From assembly GCA_051294375.1 (NCBI GenBank), contig CM119266.1, positions 27,229,596-27,293,595 on the forward strand: 64,000 nucleotides of DNA, read 5' to 3'. The position numbers and the translations under genes were made by a program. Position 1 is the stretch's first letter, and each line of letters opens with the position of its first letter. Origin of the DNA: Paraspadella gotoi. Lineage: Eukaryota; Animalia; Chaetognatha. The notes beneath the pieces were generated by a model. It searched no databases and had not been told where the DNA came from. It worked only from the letters and a program-made list of their open reading frames with translations. Positions 1 to 11,500 of this stretch are shown here, piece after piece.

Positions 1-263
1 CCTTACCTAAATAATCACTTTGAAAAACTACGTAAATCATCAGAACCTTTCCAAACAATATCAATACATAATGAAAACTTTAATTTAATCATAAATTTGA
101 ACGTTCATTTTCAATTAACGCCTCTGGATCCTCGAAAGGACGAGTCGATTTTATGATCGCCTCGACAGATTTCTGATTCGTAAGCGAAGACGAAAGAGAT
201 AAAACGATCGTTCGCCGCCATTCAACTTAGCCAAGCGTGAAATGACTCGGTGAGTGAGTGAGA

Positions 264-268
<5 letters not shown>

Positions 269-343
<75 letters not shown>
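269..343. repeat. (GA)n microsatellite, representative of many (GA/CT)n, (GTC/GAC)n, (TAA)n and (AAAAG)n tracts in the window
   Basis: Perfect AG dinucleotide run. Similar runs near 3205, 5977, 7994, 16361, 29473, 30309, 39100 and 39607 generate most of the SLSLSL/ERERER ORFs. Confidence 0.98.
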
Positions 344-346
<3 letters not shown>

Positions 347-3211
347 CCTTCCCCCACGAAAACAATCATACTTTTTTTTTCCCGTCGGTTTTTTGATGAC
401 ATCTGGTTGACATACGCCGTCGTCGTCCTCATCATGGCAACCGCCGCTGGTGATCGTCGTCGTCGTCGTCGTCAGTGTCATCTTTCATCGACTCTTTGAC
501 CCCTCGTCGTCTATCAAGTCATCAATGTCGTCGTCGTCATTTGCGTCCTGGTTTGTCGTTTGCGTCGTCGTTGTCTTCGTCGTCCTTCTTAATTTAGTCG
601 CCTCCTCGACATCTCATCGGCACAAATTATGTCTTCGAAGGTCAAACAATCGTCCTCGTCGTCGTCACTGTCGGTCGCTCGCTTTTCCTTTGTGACGGTG
701 ATATTCACAAATGACTTTGTTGCATTTTTTTGGCGTCTTCTTCAACCCCCAAAAAAGTCATCATACATGTATTCCGCCCAACCGCCCGCCTCCTAATTCC
801 ATGCCGCCCGCCACCCGCCACTTTTCCCGCCCTTCCTCCCGCCGTTCGTCTCTTTCCGCCCGCCACGATCGCATCCAGGGATTCCCTTAGTCTCCTGCGT
901 CTAACGCTCCTGCACTCGCAGATCGCGCGCACATTCTTCTTCAGCCTGCCTCCCGTCCCCCCCTTCCCAATCCACCTACCCAACCCCACCTGCCTTTGTT
1001 CCTTCAAACCACCAAAAAAAACCCCACCGACCATAAAAACGAGTTTCGCGGAACCGACGCCGCCGCCGCCGCCGCCGTTGCCGCCGCCGCCGTCGCCGCC
1101 GCCAACCCCGCCACCGACGCCGCCACCAAACGACGCCGACTCGTTGGCCTCCGAACGATGATTTAGACACAATGGGGGAGAGAAGATCCTTCCATTCATC
1201 CTTCCAATGGATATATCGGGTCTTCCACACCCCCTTTTTCCTTCTCCCTCTCTGTGACTCTCACCCCCTGGTCGAGTTTTCACATCACATCGCTTCACTT
1301 GATCACAGTGTTTTCGAGTCGAACATCATTTCGTCGGCTTCCCGGGGCGCCACTGATGGGGTAAGGAAGAGGGTTTGAAGGGGAGGGGGTAGAAGGGGTG
1401 CAGTCATGAAGGATGAGAAAGGGGGGCGAGTTAAAAAGGGGTCGAAGATCGCGGGAAAATTGAAAACGGAAAGGAGAAGAAAGGAGGAGGATAGAAAGAA
1501 GAAAGGATGAGGATAGAAAGGAGGATAGAAAGAAGAAAAGATGAGGATAGAAAGGAGGAGGATAGAAAGAAGAAAGGATGAGGTTAGAAAGTAGAAAGGA
1601 TGAGAACGGTGAAAGAAAAAAAAGTTTCTTCGAGAAAATCCGTGTTAGAGTTTGGGGTCATGTATATGATGTCGCACCTTTTTAGTGAAGTATTTGATAA
1701 TGATTTTTTTTTTCATACTTTTTGTATTAATTTTTTTGTTCTTCTTTATTTGTTTTCATTTTACAATTTGCAAAAATATCCAATAGTTATACATTCTCGT
1801 TATAATTTATTTCTTATCACGTCGTATATTTGTCGTCATATGAATATTGAATAATAGTCTGTAAATATATATATTAAAAATTAGGTAAATCATTTGCCCC
1901 ATCATTGGGCCTTTCAGTCTTCTGCGCTCTGATAATTTTTGTTCTTCCCAAAACTTTCGCATGAGAGTCGCTCCGCGCGACCAAAAAAAAGAAAAAGAAA
2001 GAAATAAAAAGAAAATAAAAAAGCTTTTTTCGGGAAAGAATTTTTCGATTCTTCTTCTCTTCTTTTCTTTTGACCATTTTATGAGCCTCACGCGGCGACG
2101 GTGATGGAAGAGCGAGGAGACCACGAAACACCCACTGACCTCGTCTCAAGACCACAAACTAAGAGAATCGTTGGCAGACAACCACAATCTCATGTCGAAC
2201 AAAGCGAGTCAAAGAGTGAAAAGTCATATAAGCCTTAGCATTATGCCTCGGCGCGATGATGCATGGAAAAACGGTAATCATTAAATAACTAAAAATTTGA
2301 GGAGGCTATCCAATTTAAATATTCATTACTCAACCAAATATAAATTAAATGATGCATATCATATCAACCACTCTTATACTTTCATATAATTAACGCGACT
2401 CTATGTGGCCCATCAAGCAGTTCTGTTCCGTTGTAAAGGCCCCAATAAATAAAATCTTCAGTCTCAGCCAATCTAAACTCTTTTATTTGTAGGGTTCAAT
2501 TCATTTAACCAATCAAATCTCATCTCATCATAACCATGTCGCCATCGTGTCGATTCCGATCTCTTTTCTATACCCATTACCACTCCCTCCACGAATTTTG
2601 CCCCCCCCCCCGAGACTCAATTTTCGTAGAGTTTTTTAAGCTATATTGTAGGATACCGCTGGTTCCTGCGACTGACCACAAAACTGTTTCTTTTCGACAA
2701 CCAATTTTAACGGGCCTCTCTGGACTTTCTCCTCTCTTCCCGACCGCTAGCGCCGCCACAGTTCCCGAGAGAAACGGCGCCAATTTTATGGTTGAAACGA
2801 AAATTTGCTGGAATTTTCTCATAAACGCTGTCGTCGTCGTCGTAGTCGTAGTCGTCGTCGTCGTCGTCTTTTTCTTCTTCTTCTTCCTATGCAGCTTCAT
2901 TTGTCTGTCTGGGTGTCTGTCGGCGGTGTCTGCGTTTTCGGAGCTGTACCTCCCAACGCGATTTATAATTTCGATGATTTGTTTTATAATCCTCGTCGCC
3001 ATTAACATGGTCTTCCTGGTCTGACTCCTCCTCCTCCTCCTCCTCCTCCTCCGATGTCGATGATAATGATTCCCTTCTGAATCGAGTCCATCGCGACTAA
3101 AAGAAAAAAAAAAGAAACGAACGATTTCCTTTTATTTTTTTTCTTTTATTTTCATTATCGCTTTGACCATCAGCGGAAATGAAGGGCCATTGGAGAATTC
3201 CGGAAGAGAGA

Positions 3212-3317
<106 letters not shown>

Positions 3318-3937
3318 CGTGATAAATGGCAAACAAGCATCCTTACAAACAGTCAAGCGGAAAAAACAAGACTAAAACAGGAATCGACTGTAATCTTTAC
3401 GTATTTATCGTCAACACACACATTGTTTTCTAATCGAATCTTCCAATTTTTCGTCATTGCAGTCAGCGACGCCGTCTTAGTCGTTGGTTTATGGATTATT
3501 TACTCTTTATTTACCTCATCAGTGGTAATTCGAAATTGAATGTTATTTAATATCTGATTTCTATTAATCTCCAGAATATTCAGTGAATATTATTCACCCT
3601 AGGACTATCTCGTGATAATGACGCCGTCGTCATCTTCGTCGTCATCTTCGTCGTCGTCGTCGTCTTATTCGATGTCATCGGCCACGTCAAGAAAGGGGCC
3701 ATCGGGGTTCGTTTCCTTGATTAAATTCTATATTCGAGTCATGCGTAACGCAATCTCATCGACGTCGCCGCCTTCGCCCGCTGATACCTTTGTCACCAGT
3801 GTGCCACTCCTATCACCACCTCCACCACCAACACCACCCACCCTGCCACTCCCACCACACCCCCGACCGGCGCCTTTTGTGACGGCGATCATCGATAAAA
3901 ATCCCCGCCTCCTCTTCGGCGCCTTCATTACGAGGCC

Positions 3938-4790
3938 CTCTGGCGGGACTTTAAAAGTGGCCCTTTGCTTGATTAAGTTGGCCTCTCTGACGGGACTTTA
4001 GAAATGGCCCTTTGCTTGATTAAGTTGGAATGTCTGGCGGGACTTTAAAAGTGGCCCTTTGCTTGATTAAGTTGACCTCTCTGATGGGACTTTAGAAATG
4101 GCCCTTTGCTTGATTAAGTTGGAATGTCTGGCAGGACTTTAAAAGTGGCCCTTTGCTTGATTAAGTTGACATCTCTGACGGGACTTTAAAAATGGGCCTT
4201 AGCTTGATTAAGTTGGAATGTCTGGTGGGATTTTAAAAGTGGCCCTTTGCTTGATTAAGTTGACCTCTCTGACGGGACTTTAGAAATGGCCCTTTGCTTA
4301 AGTTGGAATGTCTGGCGGGACTTTAAAAGTGGCCCTTTGCTTGATTAAGTTGACCTCTCTGGCAGGACTTTAAAAATGGCCCTTAGCTTGATTAAGTTGG
4401 AATGTCTGGCGGGATTTTAAAAGTGGCCCTTTGCTTAAGTTGACATCTCTGATGGGAATTTAGAAATGGCACTTTGCTTGATTAAGTTGGAATGTCTAGC
4501 GGGACTTTAAAAGTGGCCCTTTGCTTGATTAAGTTGACCTCTCTGACGGGACTTTAGAAATGGCCCTTCTCTTAATTAAGTTGGCCTGTCTGGTGGGACT
4601 TTAAAAGTGGCCCATTGCTTGATTAAGTTAGCCTCTCTGACGGGACTTTAGAAATGGCCCTTCTCTTAATTAAGTTGGCCATTCTGATGGCACTTTCAAA
4701 ATGACTCTTTTCCTAATTACGTTGGCCTCTATGGCGAGACTTTCAAAACGCCCTTTGCTTGATTAAGCTGGCCTCTCTGGCGTGATTTTA
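3938..4790. repeat. 47-bp minisatellite (~18 units) with alternating two-unit (94-bp) higher-order structure
   Basis: GGGACTTT recurs at 3945, 3992, 4039 and onward. Units alternate GTTGACCTCTCTGACGGGACTTTAGAAATGG and GTTGGAATGTCTGGCGGGACTTTAAAAGTGG. Confidence 0.95.
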
Positions 4791-4843
4791 CAATACCGAC
4801 TTTAGCTCTCGGTCTCTCCTTTTTTCTCACTCTTATTATACAT

Positions 4844-4915
4844 AAAGTCAGGGGCAAGATGGCTTATTTATTAAATGAATGGATAATTTTTCTATTGGTT
4901 GTACCAATTTCATAA
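4844..4915 (+). mobile_element. 3' fragment of twister family-D element
   Basis: AAAGTCAGGGGCAAGATGGCTTATTTATTAAATGAATGGATAATTTT...GGTTGTACCAATTTCATA matches 16911-16981. Confidence 0.85.
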
Positions 4916-5257
4916 TGTATTTAATGATTACGTGCTTACAACAAACACAATCACTTTGCTCAGTTACTTTTCCCCATTAGACGTTGACGGCGATGAGTCC
5001 CGCCCGGCGCCCCGCTCTATCTGCTACGTTGCGAGGAGGCGCCCTTGTACCCTGATGCCGGGGAAAACGACAATGAACCAATGAAAGAAGACGAAGGAAA
5101 AAATTATACCATGTTTTGGGGATTGAAAAAAAATACGATGTCAGGTGTCGAATTGTTCTATATAGTATATACACCAAAATCTTTGGATCATGATGTCTAA
5201 TATCTAATTAGAAAATTAGGGCAGAAAGTAACTTTTACGTTTGTGTTGTAAAGATGC

Positions 5258-5550
5258 TCTGTGGTGGTATATTCACACCACCTCACGTCCACGATCGTTC
5301 AGCCTATACCATTGGCTCAGAGGGGGAACACACCATCCTAGGCTTTATGTTCCATCCAGTCCTAACAAATTCCCTCTTCGTTGGCAAAGCAAGACCTCCT
5401 AGGGTAACCGCACCAGTGACTGGATGCGTCACTGATTGTCGGAAGCCCCCAAAGCCAACAGTGAGATGTCCCCAATGGGCAACACAGGCAACCCGGATGT
5501 TACCATTCTCCCTCTATTTCCCGAAGACAACACTAACATCCCGCTCCCAA
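5258..5550 (+). mobile_element. Family-A short interspersed element with degenerate type-P5 twister (5380-5459)
   Basis: Homologous to 46198-46425 (minus) and 42770-42890 (minus). GTTGGC...GACC-TCCTAGGG-TAA-CCGC-ACC-AGTGAC..GTCACT-G-ATTG-TCGGAAGC-CCCC-AAA-GCCAAC carries mutations in P4 and both pseudoknots. Confidence 0.8.
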
Positions 5551-5635
5551 TTTACTTTATATAATGAATATAATTGAATCTAATAAATAGTGAATTTTAT
5601 TACATTTTTAAATTTAAATATACAATTTTAAACAC

Positions 5636-5974
5636 CCTCTCTCTCTCTCGTCCTTAATTACCGCCTGCCGACCGCGTTACTCGATGTCCCACCGGGTCCC
5701 TGCCCTGGGCATCCTTTCATTCTCTCTTTCATAACAGACTCTATATATTTGCTTCTTTATGAGGCTCCCCCTTTCTACCTCGTTATGCGCCGTCCGGTCC
5801 TCGTGTGCCTCATGTTCGGTGCAATCGGGTCAGTTTAACGGGTCATTTTGTCATTTCGCCGAGCAGATGTTAACCATCTGACCGCACTCTTTTTTCCTTT
5901 CTCTTTTTTGTAAAGCTTGTTATCCCTCTCTATCTTTCTCATTCCGTCTGTCAATCTGACTTTCTGTCTGTTGG

Positions 5975-6021
<47 letters not shown>

Positions 6022-6173
6022 CTTAATTACCGCCTGCCGACCGCGTTACTCGATGTCCCGCCGGGTCCCCGCCCCGGGCATCCTTTCATTCTCTCTTTCA
6101 TAACAGACTCCATATATTTGCTTCTTTATGAGGCTCCCCCTTTCCGCCTCGTTATGCGCCGTCCGGGCCTCGT
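5636..6173. repeat. Local direct duplication (~165 bp; 5636-5803 and ~6005-6173)
   Basis: CTCTCGTCCTTAATTACCGCCTGCCGACCGCGTTACTCGATGTCCC...GTTATGCGCCGTCCGG occurs twice with few substitutions. Confidence 0.9.
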
Positions 6174-6437
6174 AACAGGAAATATTGAAAAAAAAAGCCT
6201 TTTATGATTGTTATTCGGTCCGCGTTCGCGGGCACGAGGACCGCGAAACGTTATACGTGAAAAATTTCTCCTTCTCTCGTGGTTTTTTAAAATGAAATGA
6301 TGAAGAGTTTTTAATTTGTCCAATTGAGCGCCAGGTCCTGTCGTAAAGTGCTCCGTTCATTTTAGACTGAGAAAATGAAACTTAATTTAATAAATTATTC
6401 TTTATGTATATACTCTCCTTTCGTTGTTTTTGAGGTA

Positions 6438-6582
6438 TTAGGAAAAAACAGTTTTTGTTTGACAACGATTTATTTGACACAATTTAGTCAGACATGTTTC
6501 GGCTCTAAATGAATGAGCCGAAACATGTCTGACTAAATTGTGTCAAATAAATCGTTGTCAAACAAAAACTGTTTTTTCCTAA
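6438..6582. mobile_element. Perfect 68-bp-arm palindrome derived from a Penelope-type hammerhead/pLTR 3' end
   Basis: Arms 6438-6505 and 6515-6582 are exact reverse complements around a 9-nt loop. The centre is GGCTC-loop-GAGCC-GAAACATGTC followed by AATAAATCGTTG, as in the hammerheads at 27921 and 51784. Confidence 0.85.
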
Positions 6583-6818
6583 ATTATTCTTATACAATCT
6601 TACAAAAAGTTAAGCATTGTTAAGTTCAAAGGTAAATCCGCTTAACTCGACGAAGACGCGGGTTAAACCTCAAAAACCAGTCATCGACTGGCGGTCGACT
6701 TTAAAATATGGCTCCAACGCAACGCTCTTTCCATCTCGCGGAGAAAAAAAGAACCATTTTCCTCGGGTATTTTTGGATGCCGATGACGCCGCCGCCGTTA
6801 TCGTCTTCTTCGTGGCCT

Positions 6819-6851
<33 letters not shown>

Positions 6852-7993
6852 GTTGCCAAAGTTTAAAGAAGAGCGACGGCGGACATCATTATTTCCGAAA
6901 AGCGATTTTTCTTTTTTTTTCTTCTCACTTCTTCTTCCTTTCCTCTCATACTCCTTTACTTAACTAACTGTCTCTTCTAGTTTTACTCTCTTTTTTCTCC
7001 TTTTCTTCTCCCACGTCTCTTTTCCCCCTTGTATTTTCTTTCTTTCTTTTTCTTTCCACTTTTTTTTATGCTTTTGATCCCTCCTTATCGGTTTTCTACC
7101 TTTGGCCCTCATGTCAATAATTCTCCAATCGCCATTTCCTTTTACTTACCATTCTTTTCCTTGACCTTATTCGCCACTCTGAATAATTCGCTCGAAAATT
7201 TTACCCCCTTACCTGCAAATGGCCACCATCAGTGTCCGAGGCCAAGCAACCGCCGACGAATTCAAGGTCGCCTTGACGAAGTGAATACCGAGATCTACAT
7301 TCTGCAATCTGCAATCTGCATCTTACGATCGCGACGATGCTGATAACGTCGACGACAACGACGACAACGACAAAGAATCGATATCCTTGCATATAAAGCC
7401 GTAATGCTTGTCAGTTCCACTCGGGAACCAACGAAAATCGCAGGTAATTCGAAGCGGAATTTCCTCCCCATTTTCCCGCTCTTTTTTTTCCTTTCCTTTC
7501 GATCTCCTTTCATTTTCTCCTTCCATTCATCTCATCTCCTTTTTTTTATTCTTTTCTTTTTTCCTCTTCTCTCCTTTCCTCCTCAATTCTCCTTCGTTTC
7601 CTTTCGGACTTTAATTTCCTCTTTTTTTTTCGTTTGTGTCCTCGTTGTCTTCTCGCTTTCCTTCCTCTTCTTTCTTTGTCCTTTCCTCTCTTTTTTTTTC
7701 TTCTATTCTATCTCATCTCTTATGAGGTCATTCGATGCTCAATTTCCTCTCTTTCCTCAGATGCCCTTTCCTTTTTTCTTTCCTTTTTCATTTCCTTCCT
7801 TTTCATTTTCTCATTTTTTTTTACAGTTACTCCCTTTTCCATCCTTCCTCCCTAATTCCTTTTCTTTTTCCTCTCTTTTCTTTTTTCTCCGCGAGAAAGA
7901 ATAGAACCGTCGTCAAATAAATAAGCTTTAACGACGTCAACACTCGAATTCGCGTCTTCGTTCTCCCTGACCAATAAACACATCGACGAGTGT

Positions 7994-8056
<63 letters not shown>

Positions 8057-8551
8057 CGTCTTTTGCGCGTTCGAACTCGTGTTTCTCGGCCGCGCGAACC
8101 CTGTTATTATGAAGGAGGGAGGAGAGAAAGCCTCCCAGAACGATATTTCCTCGAACAAGCGCTGGAGCGCCTTCCTTGATGCGTTTTCAGTAGCCGATTC
8201 AGCCCATTGGCTGTTTCTCTTTTTTTTAATTCTTTGTACCTAAATAAACAAGCGTTTTTAGTCCGCAGTTAAAGCATACACATATATTATATGTATGTGC
8301 AGTGGAGTGCAGTGGAGTGCAGTGCACTGGAGCAAGAGGTTTACCGACTCGAACCATTGACCAAAAAGTCGGCCATATTTGTTATTTTCACGAAGCGGCG
8401 CTGTAGGAATTGAGCATGAGTAACTCTCGCGCGATATATCAAGTTTGTATTCTGGAAAGTGTATTGCTGTATTCGAGTTTAAAACATTTCCCTTGGACTG
8501 AAAATTACTAATTTTTCCTTCTAAAATTCCTGGCATTCAACTCTCGACTCT

Positions 8552-11500
8552 TGCCCACGGTCGGTCTTCCAAATTCCAAACAATGAAAACCTCGAGAAAG
8601 AACTCTTCGCTTTTCCGCCAAGAGAGAGATTGAGTAGGTTAGGCCAAGTGGGCTGCGAGCGGGGGAACCGCTGAGCGGGTGGGAGGGAACCGGGATGGGG
8701 ATGGGAAACGGGGAGAAAAGGATTGGGACAAATGAGTAGAGGGTTAGAGAGCAAAGTGGGGCCGGAGGGAAAGAGGGTGAGGGGACAGGGGAGGGGAACG
8801 GGGTAGAGAAAGGATTGGGACAAATGAGTAGGTTTAGGCAAAGTGGGGGCGGGAGGGGAACGAGGGGAGGGATCAGGGAGAAGGATTGGGACAAATGAGT
8901 AGGTTTAGGCAAAGTGGGGGCGGGAGGGAACGAGGCGGGGGAACGATGGGGGGACATGGAAAAAGGATTGGACAAATGAGTAGGGTTAGGCAAAGTGGGG
9001 GCGGAAAAGCGAAGAGTTCTTTCTCGAGGTTTCATTGTAGGCGTGGGATGACGGAAAAATATCACAGGGCCTCGCTATCAAGCCAGAACGGAGAAGAAAG
9101 GAATCGGGGACAATTGAGTAAGGTTAGGCAAAGTGGGGCGGGAGGGAACTGAGGGGGGGGTAACGGGGAGAAAAGGATTGGGACAAATGAGTAGGTTTAG
9201 GGCAAAGTGGGGGCGGGAGGGAACGAGGGTGGGAGGGAACGAGGGGGAGGGGAACGGGGAGAAAGGATTGGGACAAATGAGTAGGGTTAGGCAAAGTGGG
9301 GGGCGGGAGGGAAAGAGGGTGGGAGGGAATGAGGGGAGGGAAACGGGGAGAAAGGATTGGGACAAATGAGTAGGGTTAAGCAAAGTGGGGCGGGAGGGAA
9401 AGAGGGTGAGGGGAACGAGGGGGGGAACGGGGAGAAAAGGATTGGGACAAATGAGTAGGTTTAGGCAAAGTGGGGGCGGGAGGGAACGAGGGGAGGGGAT
9501 CGGGGAAAGAAAGGATTGGGACAAATGAGTAGGTTAGGCAAAGTGGGGCCGGGAGGGAACGAGGGCGGGGGAACGATGGGGGGGACATGGAAAAAGGATT
9601 GGGACAAATGAGTAGGGTAGGCAAAGTGAGGGCGGAAAAGCGAAGAGTTCTCTCGAGGTTTTCATTGTAGGGTGGATGACGGAAAATATACAGGGCCTCG
9701 CTATCAAGCCAGAACGATGGGGGGAATGAGGGGGGGGGAATGGGGATAAAGGATCGGGACAAATGAGTAAGGTTAGGCAAAGTGGGGGCGGGAGGGAACG
9801 AGGGGAGGGGATCGGGGAGAAAGGATTGGGACAAATGAGTAGGGTTAGGCAAAGTGGGGGGGGAAGGGAAAGAGGGTGGAGGGGACACAAGGGGAGGGGA
9901 ACGGGGAGAAGGATTGGGACATGAGTAGGGTTAGGCAAAGTGGGGCGGGAGGGAACGAGGGGGGGGTACGGGGAGAAAGGATTGGACAAATGAGTAGGTT
10001 TAGGCAAAGTGGGGGCGGGAGGGAACGAGAGGGTGAGGGGAACGAGGGGAGGGGAAAGGGGAGAAAGGATTGGGACAAATGAGTAGGGTTAGGCAAAGTG
10101 GGGGCGAGGGAATGAGGTGGGAGGGAACGAGGTGAGGGGAACGAGGGGAGGGGAACGGGGAGAAAGGATTGGGACAAATGAGTAGGTTTAGGCAAAGTGG
10201 GGGCGGGAGGGAACGAGGGGAGGGATCAGGGAGAAAGGATTGGGACAAATGAGTAGGTTTAGGCAAAGTGGGGGCGGGAGGGAACGAGGGCGGGGGGAAC
10301 GATGGGGGGACATGAAAAAGGATTGGAACAAATGAGTAGGGTTAGGCAAAGTGGGGGCGGAAAAGCGAAGAGTTCTTTCTCGAGGTTTTCATTGTAGGGT
10401 GGATGACGGAAAATATCACAGGGCCTCGCTATCAAGCCAGAACGGAGAGAAAGGATCGGGACAAATGAGTAAGGTTAGGCAAAGTGGGGGCGGGAGGGAA
10501 TGAGGGGGGGTAACGGGGAGAAAGGATTGGGACAAATGAGTAGGTTTAGGCAAAGTGGGGGCGGCGGGAGGAAACGAGGGAGGGGAACGGGGAGAAAGGA
10601 TTGGGACAAATGAGTAGGTTAGCAAAGTGGGGGCGGGAGGGAAAGAGGGTGGGAGGGATGAGGGAGGGGAACGGGGAGAAAGGATTGGACAATGAGTAGG
10701 GTTAGCAAAGTGGGGCGGGAGGAAAGAGGGTGAGGGGAACGAGGGGAGGGAACGGGGAGAAAGGATTGGGACAAATGAGTAGGTTTAGGCAAAGTGGGGC
10801 GGGAGGGAACGAGGGGAGGGGATCGGGGAGAAAGGATTGGGACAAATGAGTAGGTTTAGGCAAAGTGGGGGCGGGAGGGAACGAGGCGCGGGGAACGATG
10901 GGGGGGGACATGGAAAAAGGATTGGGACAAATGAGTAGGGTTAGGCAAAGTGAGGGCGGAAAAAGCGAAAAGTTCTTTCTCGAGGTTTTCATTGTAGGGT
11001 GGATGACGGAAATATCACAAGGCCTCGCTATAAGCCAAGAACGATTGGGAGGGAATGAGGGGGGGGAATTGGGGATAAAGGATCGGACAAAGAGTAAGGT
11101 TAGGCAAAGTGGGGGGCGGAGGGAAACGAGGGGAGGGGATCGGGGAGAAAGGATTGGACAAATGAGTAGGGTTAGGCAAAGTGGGCGGGAGGGAACGAGG
11201 GGGGTAACGGGGAGAAGGATTGGGACAAATGAGTAGGTTTTAGGCAAAGTGGGGGCGGGAGGGACGAGGTGAGGGAACGAGGGGAGGGAACGGGGAGAAG
11301 GATTGGGACAAATGAGTAGGGTTAGGCAAAGTGGGGGCGGGAGGGAACGAGGGTGAGGGAACGAGGGGAGGGGAACGGGGAGAAAGGATTGGGACAAATG
11401 AGTAGGGTTAGGCAAATGGGGGCGAGAGGGAATGAGGGTGGGAGGGAACGAGGGCGGGGGGAATGAGGGGGGAACGGGAAGAAAGGATCGTGACAAATAA

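Noticed and set aside
3938-4790. CRISPR-like regular repeats (also 59404-59485)
   Set aside because: No unique spacers, no cas genes, eukaryotic context; these are simple tandem repeats.
5281-5330. HDV-like ribozyme hint (ACG-TCCACGAT-CGT)
   Set aside because: The P3-like pairing is lost in the 46380-46400 copy, and no P1/P2/P4 nested pseudoknot could be built.
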